A DNA stretch of 64,000 bases from Chloroflexota bacterium (GCA_012719135.1 JAAYAW010000079.1:9723-73722); one strand, 5' to 3'; numbered from the stretch's first letter, positions 10,180-21,421 are shown. A program made the numbers and translations. The notes: generated from the sequence alone by a model not told the origin.

Positions 10180-10216
10180 ACGGATCAGGCCACCCATTGA
10201 GGGTGGCCTGATCCGT
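10180..10216. terminator. Hairpin terminator between the convergent S8 protease and ssrA genes
   Basis: Perfect 16-bp inverted repeat ACGGATCAGGCCACCC-attga-GGGTGGCCTGATCCGT. Confidence 0.8.
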
Positions 10217-10238
10217 GCCTATGTGAAGCATCCGATAG

Positions 10239-10624
10239 TGGAGATGGCGGGAATCGAACCCGCGTCCAGAAAGTTCGCCCAGTAGCGTCTACAAGCATAG
10301 TCGCTTCAAGTATCTCGCGGCTCTGTCCTCAAGCGACGGACTTCAGAGGCCGCCAGCCGATTCATCTTTGGCCCGCATTATCGGCATCAGCCGGCCGCAT
10401 CCCGATTTAGTCGACGCCTGGCTCCTCCCTCTCGGGATAAGGAAAGGGACAGACGTGGCCGACTCTGTCGGCCAGTGGCATCACTCAGCCGTTGTTACGC
10501 GGCGAGAGCGAATGCCGGAGTTGTGCTTGTGTTGGCACTTGATTGTTTGCCCCTGATTAGCGAGGTTGAGGCACCTCGGCTTGCAGCTGCTGACCTGCCC
10601 TCCCTGTCGAGACCTTTCATCCCC
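10239..10624 (-). ncRNA. ssrA: tmRNA (SsrA), tag peptide (A)ANTSTTPAFALAA
   Basis: 5' GGGGATG pairs with 3' CATCTCC-A (G3:U70 alanine identity); T-loop GGTTCGATTCC; tag ORF 10536-10495 ends ALAA-TAA; smpB nearby; CCA not fully encoded. Confidence 0.96.
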
Positions 10625-10633
10625 GACACTCTC

Positions 10634-10642
10634 AGTATAGCA
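10634..10642 (-). promoter_or_regulatory. Extended -10 promoter of ssrA
   Basis: Minus strand TGcTATACT about 10 nt upstream of the mature tmRNA 5' end. Confidence 0.6.
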
Positions 10643-10775
10643 CGAGCAGACGGGGCTCGCAACCGGTGCGGACACGCGGGCCTCGTGGCGCCGCGTATCC
10701 CGCTGGCACAAAGGGCCGTTGCCCACCGCTCACCAGGAGGTTATAATCGCAGTATCTGCCTGAGGGAGGGTCAGC

Positions 10776-11660
10776 ATGGGCTCTGTGCGCGTGGGGATCA
10801 TCGGCGGGAGCGGTATGTATGCCATTGACGGGCTTTCAGAGATCGAGGCCTGTTGTCCGGACACGCCCTACGGGGCCCCGAGCGATGAGTTGATAACCGG
10901 CATGCTGCGGGGCGTACCCGTGGTCTTTCTGCCTCGTCACGGCCGCGGGCACGTTATCAGCCCCAGTGAGCTGCCATCACAGGCCAATATCTGGGCGCTC
11001 AAGATGCTGGGAGTGACGCACATCATCTCGATCAGCGCCGTCGGCAGCCTGCAGCCCGGCATCGCGCCTCGAGACATCGTGCTTCCCGATCAGCTTATCG
11101 ATCGCACCAAGGGCATGAGGCCTGCCTCGTTCTTTGGTGCTGGCCTGGTTGCCCACATCGCCTTTGCGGAGCCCTACTGCCGGGAACTACGGCGGGTTGT
11201 GTACGAGGTGACGCGCCAGGTCGTCGGCGATGGGGCCCACGATCGCGGCACCCTGGTGGTCATGGAGGGGCCTCAGTTCTCTACGAGGGCAGAGTCTCGC
11301 TTCTACCGGCAGATCGGAGGTGATCTGATCGGCATGACGGCGCTACCGGAGGCGAAACTGGCTCGTGAGGCTGGGATGTGCTACTGCACCCTGGCGATGG
11401 TCACGGATTATGACAGCTGGCATGAGAGCGAGGACGCGGTTACGGTGGATATGGTGGTGAGTAACCTGGCGGCGAATCTTGAACACGCTAGGGATATTGT
11501 GGCCACAGCCGTGCCTCGCATCGCCAGCGAACTCGCTTCGTGCTCCTGCCAGGATGCGCTGCGCAACGCGATCATAACCAATCCGGAGGCGATCACGGGA
11601 GAGTGCAGGGAGATGCTGTGGCCGTTGATCGGTCCCTATCTGACACAAGAGGGTCAGTAG
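10776..11660 (+). CDS. mtnP: S-methyl-5'-thioadenosine phosphorylase
   Basis: GIIGGSG, FLPRHGRGH, MEGPQFSTRAES, GMTALPEAKLAREA and VTDYD motifs; TATAAT at 10742. Confidence 0.93.
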   Translation: MGSVRVGIIGGSGMYAIDGLSEIEACCPDTPYGAPSDELITGMLRGVPVVFLPRHGRGHVISPSELPSQANIWALKMLGVTHIISISAVGSLQPGIAPRDIVLPDQLIDRTKGMRPASFFGAGLVAHIAFAEPYCRELRRVVYEVTRQVVGDGAHDRGTLVVMEGPQFSTRAESRFYRQIGGDLIGMTALPEAKLAREAGMCYCTLAMVTDYDSWHESEDAVTVDMVVSNLAANLEHARDIVATAVPRIASELASCSCQDALRNAIITNPEAITGECREMLWPLIGPYLTQEGQ

Positions 11661-11697
11661 GCTGTAGCTGCTCCGTTGCTCGAACCGCAACGCACGG

Positions 11698-12192
11698 CTA
11701 CTCGCGGATTCGTTCCTTGATCACGCGCTCCATCTCGCGTTCCGCGTCCCGGTCGCGCAGGCTTTCTCGCTTGTCGTAGCTTCGTTTGCCCTTGGCGAGG
11801 CCGATCTCGACCTTTGCACGGTTGTTCTTTAGATACAGCCGCGTGGGAACGACCGTGAAGCCTCTTTGCTCGACCTGAGCACGCATGCGCTGGATTTCCT
11901 TGCGGTGTAGCAGGAGCTTGCGATCGCGGAGGGGATCGTGATCCAGATAGCTGGCCTCGTCATATCCAGAGATGTGAGTGCCTACCAACCAAGCTTCACC
12001 ATCACGGAAGGCCACATAGCTATCACGCAGATTCACGCGGCCCGCCCGGATCGACTTTATCTCAGAGCCGTGCAGAGCCAGCCCGGCCTCCACGGTTTCA
12101 CTGATGGTGTAGTCGTGAAAGGCCTTGCGGTTCCGGCTGATGGTTCGATTGGGCCCTTGATCGGTGGCTTCTCTGTTCTTCTTGGCAGCCAT
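11698..12192 (-). CDS. smpB: SsrA-binding protein SmpB
   Basis: NRKAFHDY, EAGLALHGSEIKSIR, RKLLLHRKEI and GKRSYDKRE motifs. Confidence 0.97.
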   Translation of the reverse strand: MAAKKNREATDQGPNRTISRNRKAFHDYTISETVEAGLALHGSEIKSIRAGRVNLRDSYVAFRDGEAWLVGTHISGYDEASYLDHDPLRDRKLLLHRKEIQRMRAQVEQRGFTVVPTRLYLKNNRAKVEIGLAKGKRSYDKRESLRDRDAEREMERVIKERIRE

Positions 12193-12200
12193 GAGAACCT

Positions 12201-13466
12201 CTACCGCCCCTGTTCCTGCAGGTAATCGACGGCGCGATCGAGTTGCGGGTCGCGGCCAGCGGCCGCGTCCTCGGGTGTGATCTCTACGACGATGTCCGGC
12301 GTCAGCCCGTCCCCGTCGAGAATGCGACCTCCGGGCAACACCCACTTGGCGATGGTAACCCTCAAGCTGGATCCGTCGGTCAATGTATGTGTGGACTGCA
12401 CGGAGCCCTTGCCATAGGTGTTCGTTCCGACGAGCATACCGCGTCCGTGATACTGGATCGCTCCGGCGACGATCTCCGAAGCGCTGGCGCTTCCGCCGTT
12501 GACCAGGATCACCAGGGGGATCTCCGTAGCAAGGCCGTTGCGCACGACGTGATGGGACGCCTCCTCCTGGTCCCGCGGCCGCTCGGTGACGACAAGTGAA
12601 TTCCTGGGCAGGAACTCGCTGGTGATGTCGATGGCCATATGGAGGTACCCACCCGGGTTGTTGCGCAGGTCCAGGATCAGGCCCGTCGGGTCCTCTCGAA
12701 GGATCTCTCGCAGCGCCGCTCGAACTTGGTCGAGCGCTACGGCGTTGAACTCGGTCAGCGAGATATATCCGATGCCTCCATCCAGCATTCGGCTCTCAAC
12801 AATGGCGACCTCGATGCGTGCCCGGGTGACAGAGACGCTAAAGGGTTCCTCTAGGCTCTCTCGGCGGATCAGAAGCGTCACTTTTGTCCCTTCCGGGCCG
12901 CGAATGAGCGTTATGGCGTCCATGAGTTCCATACCCTCGATCGACTCCCCATCGACGGCGAGCACCTCATCGCCGGCCTGAATCCCAGCTCGTTCGGCGG
13001 GGCTGTTTGGCAGGGGCTGAACGATGGTCACCACGCCGTCGATGAGGTCAACTGTGGCGCCGATTCCCTCGAACGAGCCTTGCATGTCCTCTTCGATGAT
13101 CGCAGCCTGTACAGGCTCGACAAACATCGTGTGGGCATCTCCCACGGCGGCAACCATGCCTGCAGCGGCGCCATAGGACATCTCCCGCGGATCCAGCTGA
13201 TCGGGCTCGACGAACTCGTCGGCAAGGATCGTCCGAATCTCATCGAGGATAGAGAAAGGATCGGTGTCCTCAACGCCGTCGCCGCCGGTTTCAGCGGTCG
13301 CTGCGGAGACGGTCGGCGCCTCGTTGGCCGAAGCGCTCGTCAGCCACATGGTCGCCATGCCCGCTGCAAACCCTATCCCAACAAGCATCGCGATCACCGC
13401 CAGCGTTACCATGACCTGGGCGCATGACGTGCGGGGCGATGCGGAGCCGTTCTGCTCTGTGTTCAT
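12201..13466 (-). CDS. S41 C-terminal processing peptidase (CtpA-like) with N-terminal TM and PDZ domain
   Basis: FEGIGA PDZ, DLRNNPGG, SASASEIVAGA and YGKGSVQ motifs. Confidence 0.93.
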   Translation of the reverse strand: MNTEQNGSASPRTSCAQVMVTLAVIAMLVGIGFAAGMATMWLTSASANEAPTVSAATAETGGDGVEDTDPFSILDEIRTILADEFVEPDQLDPREMSYGAAAGMVAAVGDAHTMFVEPVQAAIIEEDMQGSFEGIGATVDLIDGVVTIVQPLPNSPAERAGIQAGDEVLAVDGESIEGMELMDAITLIRGPEGTKVTLLIRRESLEEPFSVSVTRARIEVAIVESRMLDGGIGYISLTEFNAVALDQVRAALREILREDPTGLILDLRNNPGGYLHMAIDITSEFLPRNSLVVTERPRDQEEASHHVVRNGLATEIPLVILVNGGSASASEIVAGAIQYHGRGMLVGTNTYGKGSVQSTHTLTDGSSLRVTIAKWVLPGGRILDGDGLTPDIVVEITPEDAAAGRDPQLDRAVDYLQEQGR

Positions 13467-13638
13467 TCGGCGTCCTCTTGGCTTGAGCTGCCTGGCCGAC
13501 CTCGACCAAACAGCCAGAGTATAGCACACAGCGATAGGGGCCCCAACGAACGACTGTGGCGCATGGGCGTCGTGTGAGGGAAACTCAAAGGAGGCGCGAA
13601 AACAGACGACTCACATCTGCGAGAGGGCGGTAGCGTCG

Positions 13639-14946
13639 CTAGCCGGCGGCGATCGATTCTCGCGCGCGCTTCTCCCGGCTGGGGCCAGCCGTCTCTGCGG
13701 CGAGCAGTCCAAACGATACGCCGGCAACCACAAAGAGCACGCCATTCAGCCACAGGGCAGAGCTGAAAGAGAAGCGGTCACTCACGGCGCCCAGCAGAAT
13801 CGGACCCATGACCATACCGAGATCGCTGATGGTACGGTACACGCCCATCGTCAGGCCCCGACCCCCTGGGAGATCGAGGTCGGCCAAATAGGCTGCCGGC
13901 GCGGGGCCGCCGATGCCCGTCCCAAGGCCGAGAAGCAGGCTGCTCGCCATGAAATGCGCATAGTTGTGCCCGAGCGCGTAGCTGATGACCGCCAAGCCGC
14001 AGACAATACAACTCGGCACAATGGCCATCTTGCGGCCGTAGCGGTCGCAGAGCACGCCGGCTACGCTGATCGTGAGAAAGTTGACCACCGCGATGGCCGT
14101 AAAGGCATAGCCCAGCTTTTCGGGGCCTATGCCGAGCTTGGACTCCCCCAGTAGGGGTAGAACGGTGCTCTGTGTTCCTGATCGCGTGAAGAACACGGCG
14201 ATCGATACCAGGCATACCAGAAGAAAGTTGCGGTCAGTGAGAAGTCCCAAGCCTTCGCGCCACCCTGCCGGTGACGTTGCCGCGACGCCCTTGCTGCGCG
14301 TGCCAGCAGAGGCGGCCAGGTCCTTGGTCTCAGGAACGGCAAAGAAAGCCCAGGCGGCGGAACACAAGGCCAGCGCACCGTACACAAAGAACGGGACCTG
14401 ATACCCGAACTGTTCACCCACCAGGCCTCCGATGATCGGGCCGACACTCACGCCCAGGAGCAGAGCACCCTGATAGGAGCTCATGGTGCGCCCTCTGTTG
14501 CTCGGCGTGCTGATGTCGGTGACAACGATCATTCCGGCGGTCATCTGAAGCGCCGATCCGAGCCCCTGTAGGAGACGAAAAGCCACCAGCTGTCCGAAAC
14601 TGGAGGCCAGACCACTGAGGATCGCCGATACCGAAATGAGCAGAGGGCCACCGACAAGCAGGGCTCGTCGTCCAGCCCGCTCGGCCATCGTTCCGGCTGG
14701 GACGTTGACTGGGATCCGAGCGATGCCAAAGCTCGAGACGAGCAGGCCCACCATCGCAGCGCTCACGCCAAAAGAGCTGGCATAGAGCGGCAGTATCGGG
14801 CCCACCAGGCCAACGCCCAGCATGTTGATAAAGGTCGATACGAGCACCGGCGCGAGATACCGCCTGACTCGCGTCCGGGAGTCTATCAGATCCACTCGTT
14901 CTCTGCCCGCTTCCTGGCTAGGGCGGGGGGAACGCGTCTGGTTCAT
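13639..14946 (-). CDS. MFS transporter (DHA1-like)
   Basis: About 12 hydrophobic segments; motif A variants GTMAERAGRR and GVLCDRYGRK; RLLQGLG. Confidence 0.9.
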   Translation of the reverse strand: MNQTRSPRPSQEAGRERVDLIDSRTRVRRYLAPVLVSTFINMLGVGLVGPILPLYASSFGVSAAMVGLLVSSFGIARIPVNVPAGTMAERAGRRALLVGGPLLISVSAILSGLASSFGQLVAFRLLQGLGSALQMTAGMIVVTDISTPSNRGRTMSSYQGALLLGVSVGPIIGGLVGEQFGYQVPFFVYGALALCSAAWAFFAVPETKDLAASAGTRSKGVAATSPAGWREGLGLLTDRNFLLVCLVSIAVFFTRSGTQSTVLPLLGESKLGIGPEKLGYAFTAIAVVNFLTISVAGVLCDRYGRKMAIVPSCIVCGLAVISYALGHNYAHFMASSLLLGLGTGIGGPAPAAYLADLDLPGGRGLTMGVYRTISDLGMVMGPILLGAVSDRFSFSSALWLNGVLFVVAGVSFGLLAAETAGPSREKRARESIAAG

Positions 14947-15008
14947 GCGTATTCCTTCCCTCGGCGTGCGCCCAGAGCGGGCGCACGCCGTCTCTCACCG
15001 GCCGGGCC

Positions 15009-16451
15009 CTAGGACTGCCGGGCCAGCTCTGTCTTGATGATCTCGGCAACTGCCTGTGCGTTTGCCTGCCCGCGAGTCTGCCGCATCACCTGACCTACGA
15101 GGAAACCGAGTACCTGCAGTTTGCCTTCGCGGTACTGCTGTGCGGGGCCAGGGTTCTGATCCAGCACCGATAGCACGATCTCGGTGAGCGTGTCTTCATC
15201 GCTGATCTGTGCGAGGCCCTTGTTCTTGACGATCTCCTCGGCGCTCCTGCCGCTAGCGAACATCTCATTCAGCACATCCTTGGCCGTCGTGCCGTTGATC
15301 TTGCCGCTCTCGACGAGCGCCAGCAGGCTCGCCAGACCCTCGGGGCGGACAGGACACGCCTGGATGTCGCTGCCGCTCGCCCCCAGCAAGCGGTACAGAT
15401 CGCCCAGCACCCAGTTCGCCACCGTCTGCGGGCTCGTCGGTCCCTCGCAGGCCGCGCAGGCTGCCTCAAAGTAGTTGGCCACCTGAAGATCCTGCGTGAG
15501 CAGCGCGGCGTCCGCCTCGCGGATTCCATAGCTCTGCGTAAAGCGCTCCTCTTTCTCATCGGGGAGCTCGGGCAATCGGCAGCGAATGCCGGCCCGCCAC
15601 TCCTCGTCGACTTCAATAGGGGGCAAGTCGGGCTCTGGGAAGTACCGGTAGTCCTCTGCTCCCTCCTTGGATCGCTGAAACAGCGTGCGATGGTTCGTCT
15701 CGTCCCAGCCCATCGTCACCTGCTGGACCCGTCCCCCTTGCTCCAGCACCGCGATCTGGCGCTCGATCTCGTATGCGATCGCCATACGCACGGATCGGAA
15801 GGAGTTGAGGTTCTTGACCTCGACCTTGGTGCCGAGCACTTCGGCGCCTTCAGGGCGAACCGAGATATTCGCCTCGCAACGCATCGCGCCGTCCTCCATG
15901 TTGCCGGTGCTCACGCCGAGGTATCGCAGTATCTGACGCAGCTTGGATAGATATGCATAGGCATCCTCTGCCGAGTGCAGATCGGCCTCGGTCACGATCT
16001 CCATGAGGGGGACGCCCGACCGGTTAAAGTCTACGAGGCTGACGCCACCCTGGTGCACCAACCTGGCCGTATCCTCCTCCAGGTGTACTCGTCGGATGCC
16101 GATGCGCCGTGCGTCTCCCTCCACCGTGACGTCCAGGTGTCCTGAGGTGCAGAGCGGCAGGTCATACTGAGAGATCTGATAGCCCTTTGGGAGATCAGGG
16201 TAGTGGTAGTTCTTGCGGTCGAACTTGCTAAAGGACGGGATCGTGCAGTTGAGGGCCATGCCGGTGAGCACCGTCGCCTCGACCGCCACGCGGTTGATGA
16301 CGGGCAGCACGCCGGGCATTCCCAGGCAAACCGGGCAGGTGTGTGTGTTCGGGGCGGCAGAGGTCAGCTCGTTTGGGCATCCGCAGAACATCTTGGTCTG
16401 CGTCAGGATTTGGGCATGGACCTCCATGCCGATGGTGGCAACGTATTCCAT
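15009..16451 (-). CDS. gatB: Asp/Glu-tRNA amidotransferase subunit B
   Basis: [35 protein letters not shown] and [12 protein letters not shown] motifs. Confidence 0.97.
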   Translation of the reverse strand: MEYVATIGMEVHAQILTQTKMFCGCPNELTSAAPNTHTCPVCLGMPGVLPVINRVAVEATVLTGMALNCTIPSFSKFDRKNYHYPDLPKGYQISQYDLPLCTSGHLDVTVEGDARRIGIRRVHLEEDTARLVHQGGVSLVDFNRSGVPLMEIVTEADLHSAEDAYAYLSKLRQILRYLGVSTGNMEDGAMRCEANISVRPEGAEVLGTKVEVKNLNSFRSVRMAIAYEIERQIAVLEQGGRVQQVTMGWDETNHRTLFQRSKEGAEDYRYFPEPDLPPIEVDEEWRAGIRCRLPELPDEKEERFTQSYGIREADAALLTQDLQVANYFEAACAACEGPTSPQTVANWVLGDLYRLLGASGSDIQACPVRPEGLASLLALVESGKINGTTAKDVLNEMFASGRSAEEIVKNKGLAQISDEDTLTEIVLSVLDQNPGPAQQYREGKLQVLGFLVGQVMRQTRGQANAQAVAEIIKTELARQS

Positions 16452-16558
16452 GGCTCTCCTCAAGGGCACGTTTGGCCGGGATTATAGCCCAGGCGGCTTG
16501 ATCGACGAAAGCGGGTGAATGCCGGGCGCGCGTTGGCCGGATACTGCCAGCGCAACGG

Positions 16559-18457
16559 CTAGATATCGAGGTTCTCGACCTCACGCGCGTGGGTCTGGAT
16601 GAACTTGCGTCGCGGGGGCACATCGTTACCCATCAACATGTCAAAGACGCGATCCGCTGAGGCGGCATCGTCGATTGTGACCTGCAGCAATTGCCGAGCG
16701 GTCGGGTTCATGGTGGTTTCCCAGAGCTGATCTGCATTCATCTCGCCCAGACCCTTGTACCGCTGAAGCTCGATGTGGCTGCCGTTCAGTTCCGCAACGC
16801 GTGCATCCTTTTCCTCTTCCGAGTAGACGTACTCGGTGGACTTGCCTGAGGTGATGCGATACAAGGGAGGCTGCGCCAGGAAGAGATGACCGCTGGTGAT
16901 GAGTTCATCGACGTAGCGGAAGAAGAAGGTCAGAAGGAGCGTGATGATGTGCGCCCCATCAACATCGGCGTCGGTCATGACGATGATCTTGCCGTACCGC
17001 AGGTTGCTGAGGTCGAACTGGCTGCCTATCCCGCATCCCATGGCCTGGATCAGTGCCTTTATCTCGTTGCTTTCCAGGGCATGATCCATCCGTTTCTTCT
17101 CGACATTCAAGATCTTGCCGCGCAGCGGTAAGATGGCCTGGAACCGGCGATCGCGGCCTTGTTTGGCCGAGCCACCGGCCGATTCGCCCTCGACGATAAA
17201 CAGCTCTGTGCGCTCAGGGCTCCGCTCCGAGCAATCAGCCAGTTTTCCCGGGAGGGTGCTGGTCTCCAGCGCGGTCTTGCGTAGCACGAGCTCGCGCGCC
17301 TGCCGCGCAGCGACTCGGGCGCGCCGGGCGGTGGAGGCCTTCTCCATGATGGTACGCGCGGCGGGATCCTTCTCCAGCCACTTGCCAAAGGCCTCACCAA
17401 AGAGACTCGCTACCTGGCCCTGGAGCTCTGCATTCCCCAGTTTTGCCTTTGTCTGGCTTTCGAACTGAGGATCGGCCAACTTGACGCTCACGATGGCCGT
17501 CAGGCCCTCGCGGACATCCTCACCGGAAAAGTTGCCCTCGTTCTCCTTGATGATTCCTGCGTTTCGCGCGTACTCGTTGAGCGATCGGGTGAGGGCACTG
17601 CGGAAACCCGTGAGATGGGTTCCACCGTCGACGGTGTTGATGTTGTTGGCGAAGGAAAACACGGACTCTGCGTATCCATCCGTGTACTGCAAGGCCACCT
17701 CAATGTGCGTGCCATCCACGTCGCCCTCAACGTAAAAGGCCTCATGCAGGCGCTTGCGGTTGCGGTTCAGGAGATGGAGGAAGGCCTTGAGGCCCCCCTC
17801 AAAGTGATAGGTCGCCTCCCGGCCGTCGCGCTCATCTCGACATTGGAGCGTGAGCCCGCGGGTGAGAAAAGCCATCTCTCGGAACCGCTGGGTCAGCGTG
17901 CGGAAGCGATAGTCCAGGCTATGCATGATCTCGGTATCCGGCAGAAAGCGCGTGCGCGTCCCCCGGCCTTCCGCCTTACCCAGATCCATGACCTCGGTTA
18001 CCGGACGCCCTCGCTCGTATCTTTGCGAGTAGCGGTGGCCCTCGTACTGGACCTCCACTTCAAGCCAGGCTGATAGCGCATTGACCGCGGACACTCCGAC
18101 CCCGTGAAGGCCGCTCGCCACTTTGTAGCCACCACCGCCGAACTTGCCGCCCGCATGGAGAACCGTATGGACCACCTCCAGCGTGTTCTTGCCTGTTGTG
18201 CGCTCGATGCCGACGGGAATGCCCCGCCCGTTGTCCTGGACCGATACGGAGCCATCCTCATGGATGGCGACCTCAATGCGGTCACAGTAGCCCGCCAGGG
18301 CTTCGTCGATCGAGTTGTCCACGACCTCAAACACGAGATGGTGCAGCCCACGTTGGTCGGTGCTGCCGATGTACATGCCCGGCCGGCGGCGCACGGCCTC
18401 CAGGCCTTCCAGGACCTGGATATCCTCGGCGGAGTAGTGGTTTGGTCGCTCGGTCAT
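16559..18457 (-). CDS. gyrB: Type IIA topoisomerase B subunit (DNA gyrase B, short form)
   Basis: [46 protein letters not shown] and QRYKGLGEM. No A subunit adjacent, so ParE cannot be fully excluded. Confidence 0.85.
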   Translation of the reverse strand: MTERPNHYSAEDIQVLEGLEAVRRRPGMYIGSTDQRGLHHLVFEVVDNSIDEALAGYCDRIEVAIHEDGSVSVQDNGRGIPVGIERTTGKNTLEVVHTVLHAGGKFGGGGYKVASGLHGVGVSAVNALSAWLEVEVQYEGHRYSQRYERGRPVTEVMDLGKAEGRGTRTRFLPDTEIMHSLDYRFRTLTQRFREMAFLTRGLTLQCRDERDGREATYHFEGGLKAFLHLLNRNRKRLHEAFYVEGDVDGTHIEVALQYTDGYAESVFSFANNINTVDGGTHLTGFRSALTRSLNEYARNAGIIKENEGNFSGEDVREGLTAIVSVKLADPQFESQTKAKLGNAELQGQVASLFGEAFGKWLEKDPAARTIMEKASTARRARVAARQARELVLRKTALETSTLPGKLADCSERSPERTELFIVEGESAGGSAKQGRDRRFQAILPLRGKILNVEKKRMDHALESNEIKALIQAMGCGIGSQFDLSNLRYGKIIVMTDADVDGAHIITLLLTFFFRYVDELITSGHLFLAQPPLYRITSGKSTEYVYSEEEKDARVAELNGSHIELQRYKGLGEMNADQLWETTMNPTARQLLQVTIDDAASADRVFDMLMGNDVPPRRKFIQTHAREVENLDI

Positions 18458-18495
18458 ATCAGATTCGCCCCCGGATTCCATGGCGTCGACAAAGC

Positions 18496-19413
18496 TCAGG
18501 TCTTGCCCTGCGCCATGATCAGGCTGCGGAGTGCAGCAGAACGGTCACGATAAAAGTAAAAGAGCGCCGCCGTGAGGCCCGTACCGACGAACGCGCTGGC
18601 CAAAATCGCTACGAAGGTGACAGCCGAACCCGAGCCGATCGCGCGATACCAGATCAACGACAGGCCGGTATCCAGCAGGTTTACCAGAACCAGCAGCCCC
18701 AAGGTCGGCCAGAGACTGCTGCGCACCACGAGCAGACTGCTGAGGACCGCATTCAGAGGCTTGTGCCCCGCCAGCGTGACGGCTTGCGGAAAGAAGGACG
18801 CATACAGGAGCGCCCACCCGAGTGCCAGGAGGGCAAAGACGGCGAATATGCCCACGAGTGAACTGGCCAACACGGCCGAGACAAAGGCGCACCCGATCAC
18901 GAGCGAAATCAGAGCCAGGCTGGCCCACGACCTGAACAGAACGCGTACAAACGGCGCCAGCGCGATGGGCTCGTCACGGATGCTCTGGGCGATCAGCAGG
19001 AGATAAGCGGTGCCGATCAAGATACCAAGAGCCACGAGTGCGAGCGAGGCAAACGCCATCTGCCAGAGCTGAGATAGCTCGATGATGCGATCGCCGACCT
19101 CGATCGGTAACGCTGCCGAGATAGCTGAGATGCCCAGCCGGCTGGAAGCGATCAGGCCGATCAGGTTCGTTCGAGCCGTCGTCTCCTCCAGCGTCTGTAC
19201 CAGCGCCGTCACCGCGTCCGGATCGGCGCCACCGGTGCTCGCCAGGGCACCAGCCATACCATTTAGCCAGCCGATGAGCTGGCTCACAATCGGCGAGATC
19301 GAGAGCTTGGGGGCGCGCCACACGCTGAGGTCAACCAGTACCGGGAGAAGAGCCAGCCAGGGCCGGCGAAAGACCAGGCGGAAGCCTTCACTCAGTGTGT
19401 CGATAACACCCAT
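18496..19413 (-). CDS. Hypothetical multi-pass membrane protein
   Basis: About 6 hydrophobic segments; GGAGG RBS and TGgTAGAAT upstream. Confidence 0.75.
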   Translation of the reverse strand: MGVIDTLSEGFRLVFRRPWLALLPVLVDLSVWRAPKLSISPIVSQLIGWLNGMAGALASTGGADPDAVTALVQTLEETTARTNLIGLIASSRLGISAISAALPIEVGDRIIELSQLWQMAFASLALVALGILIGTAYLLLIAQSIRDEPIALAPFVRVLFRSWASLALISLVIGCAFVSAVLASSLVGIFAVFALLALGWALLYASFFPQAVTLAGHKPLNAVLSSLLVVRSSLWPTLGLLVLVNLLDTGLSLIWYRAIGSGSAVTFVAILASAFVGTGLTAALFYFYRDRSAALRSLIMAQGKT

Positions 19414-19525
19414 CCACCAACCTCCTCAGGGATTCTACCATATTCCCACACGTGCGTGAAACGCCACGGGCCACCGCGGGAAGAGAAGAGGGTTCTCGCT
19501 CAGGAGGCGGGTAGAGGGGGAACGC

Positions 19526-19566
19526 AAAAACCAGGGCGCCATTGGCTTGTGGTGCCGGCGCCCTGG
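19526..19566 (-). terminator. Intrinsic terminator after murA
   Basis: CCAGGGCGCC...GGCGCCCTGG stem followed by TTTTT on the minus strand. Confidence 0.7.
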
Positions 19567-19584
19567 CGTCGTGACTTGTCCGGA

Positions 19585-20922
19585 CTATCGGGCTCCAACC
19601 GCAAAAGGAACCATTCCCCACTCGATGGGATCGCGGCCGTCCTCGAAGGGGCAATCATGTCTGGCTTCTTCGTTCTGTTTGACTCGCGCACCCAGTGCGG
19701 CAAGCTTGGCGCAGATATCCTCATAGCCCCGGTCGATAAAGCCTACGTTGGAGATCGTCGTGTTCCCCTCGGCGGCAAGAGCCGCGAGGATCATCGCAGC
19801 GCCCGAGCGTATGTCGAGGGCGCAGACCTCGGCGCCTTGTAGGGCGGTTGGTCCGTGGACCATGGCGGTGCGGCCCGATCCCGAGACGTCTATGCGCGCA
19901 CCCATGCGCGCGAGTTCGCTCACATACTGCAGGCGGCCCTCGAACATGGTCTCATGGATCGAGCTGTTACCCTGCGCCTGAGTCATGACGGCCGTGAACG
20001 GCGCCTGGAGATCGGTCGGAAAGCCCGGGTAGGGGTAAGTCTGAATATCGGCGGGCATGAGCTTTTCAGGCCCTGTGATCTCATACACGTCGCCCTCGTT
20101 ACGTACCGTAGCTCCGGCATAGCGAAGCTTGTCTGTGAGAGCCCCCATCCAGCGCCCGACGCGGCCGTCCATCGCCACACGTCCACCCGTTATCGCCGCT
20201 GCGAGGGCAAAGGTGCCTGCTTCCATCCGGTCCGGCATGATACGATACACCGCGCCGTGGAGTCGCCCGGCGCCATCGACCCGGATGGTGTTTGTCCCGG
20301 CCCCATGGATACGCGCACCCATGGCGCAGAGAAAGCTCGCCAGATCCGTGATCTCTGGCTCGATCGACGCGTTTTCGATGAGCGTGGTGCCTTCGGCGAG
20401 ACAGGCCGCCATCAGGAGGTTCTCGGTACCTGTGTGGCTTGGGTAATCGAGATACAGCTTGTGCCCCTGAAGGCGCGGGCTTGAGATTATATAGTCCGAT
20501 TCATCGGTTTGGACGTCGGCGCCCATGGTCTCAAAGCCCTTGAGATCGACGCTGACGGGACGGCTGCCGATGGCGCAGCCTCCGGGGTGGGGTGCCCGAG
20601 CGTGGCCAAAGCGCGCGAGCAGGGGGCCGACGATCAGAAAGCTGGCCCTCATCTGTTGGGCGAGGTCACGAGGTAGCACTGAGCGGGAGATGCGCGTGGC
20701 CTTGATGCGGAGCACATTGGGACCTTCGAAGCGAGCGGCCACGCCCAGGCTGTGAAGGACCTTGACCAGCGTGCGGATATCTTCGATGTACGGAACGTTT
20801 TCCAGCAGGATCTCGTCTGCCGTCAAGAGGCTCGCCGCGATTATCGGGAGGGCCGCGTTCTTTGCTCCTCCGATCGTCACCTCTCCACGGAGCGGTCTCT
20901 GGCCTTCAATTAGTATGGGCAT
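19585..20922 (-). CDS. murA: UDP-N-acetylglucosamine 1-carboxyvinyltransferase
   Basis: GAKNAALP, MRASF, PGGCAIGSRP (active-site Cys) and YPGFPTDLQAP motifs. Confidence 0.96.
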   Translation of the reverse strand: MPILIEGQRPLRGEVTIGGAKNAALPIIAASLLTADEILLENVPYIEDIRTLVKVLHSLGVAARFEGPNVLRIKATRISRSVLPRDLAQQMRASFLIVGPLLARFGHARAPHPGGCAIGSRPVSVDLKGFETMGADVQTDESDYIISSPRLQGHKLYLDYPSHTGTENLLMAACLAEGTTLIENASIEPEITDLASFLCAMGARIHGAGTNTIRVDGAGRLHGAVYRIMPDRMEAGTFALAAAITGGRVAMDGRVGRWMGALTDKLRYAGATVRNEGDVYEITGPEKLMPADIQTYPYPGFPTDLQAPFTAVMTQAQGNSSIHETMFEGRLQYVSELARMGARIDVSGSGRTAMVHGPTALQGAEVCALDIRSGAAMILAALAAEGNTTISNVGFIDRGYEDICAKLAALGARVKQNEEARHDCPFEDGRDPIEWGMVPFAVGAR

Positions 20923-20968
20923 CGCATCATCCCCATCGATGCTGTGAGCTAACGCTATTATAGTGCAT

Positions 20969-21421
20969 TCAGGATCCTCTTTGTAGTGCCTTGCGTGCCA
21001 CGGCAATGCGCGCCCGGGAGCGCCGCAATGCCAGATCGTGCGCTGCCTGCAACTCTGCGCGGATCTCGTGTCGTTTTGCCAAAAGCCTTGCCCGTTCGAG
21101 GTCGTCTTCGGCGCGCCGCAGGTCGATTTCCTCTGCTCGTTCGGCCGTGTCTGCCAGGACGGTAACGGCGTCGTCCACGACCTCTACGAACCCTCCGCCC
21201 ACAGCCCAAGTATCCGTGCCCTGCTGATGCACAATATCGAGTTCGCCGGGCTGCAACAAAGCCAGTAACGGAGCATGGTGCGGGCGTATCGTGACCGTTC
21301 CCTGTACCGCAGGTGCCGTGAGCGCCACGGCAGGTCCATGATACAGCATCCTGTCTCCCGTGACCACTGTGACATCCAGGCGTGCCTCGGTGCCCGGTGC
21401 CGGCTTGGCTCCATCCGCCAT
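20969..21421 (-). CDS. atpC: F-type ATP synthase epsilon subunit (operon 1)
   Basis: IRPHHAPLLALL, VGGGFVEV and VLADTAERAEEID motifs. Confidence 0.92.
   Translation of the reverse strand: MADGAKPAPGTEARLDVTVVTGDRMLYHGPAVALTAPAVQGTVTIRPHHAPLLALLQPGELDIVHQQGTDTWAVGGGFVEVVDDAVTVLADTAERAEEIDLRRAEDDLERARLLAKRHEIRAELQAAHDLALRRSRARIAVARKALQRGS

Noticed and set aside
10239-10268. tRNA-like T-arm and acceptor sequence suggesting a tRNA gene or attR site
   Set aside because: It is the 3' end of tmRNA; no duplicated 3' fragment or integrase lies nearby, so there is no integrated element.
16559-18457. gyrB as a marker of a nearby replication origin
   Set aside because: No dnaA, dnaN or recF, and I saw no DnaA-box cluster or AT-rich unwinding region.
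19585-20922. Possible fosfomycin-resistant MurA
   Set aside because: The active-site Cys is retained (PGGCAIG), so it is the ordinary form.
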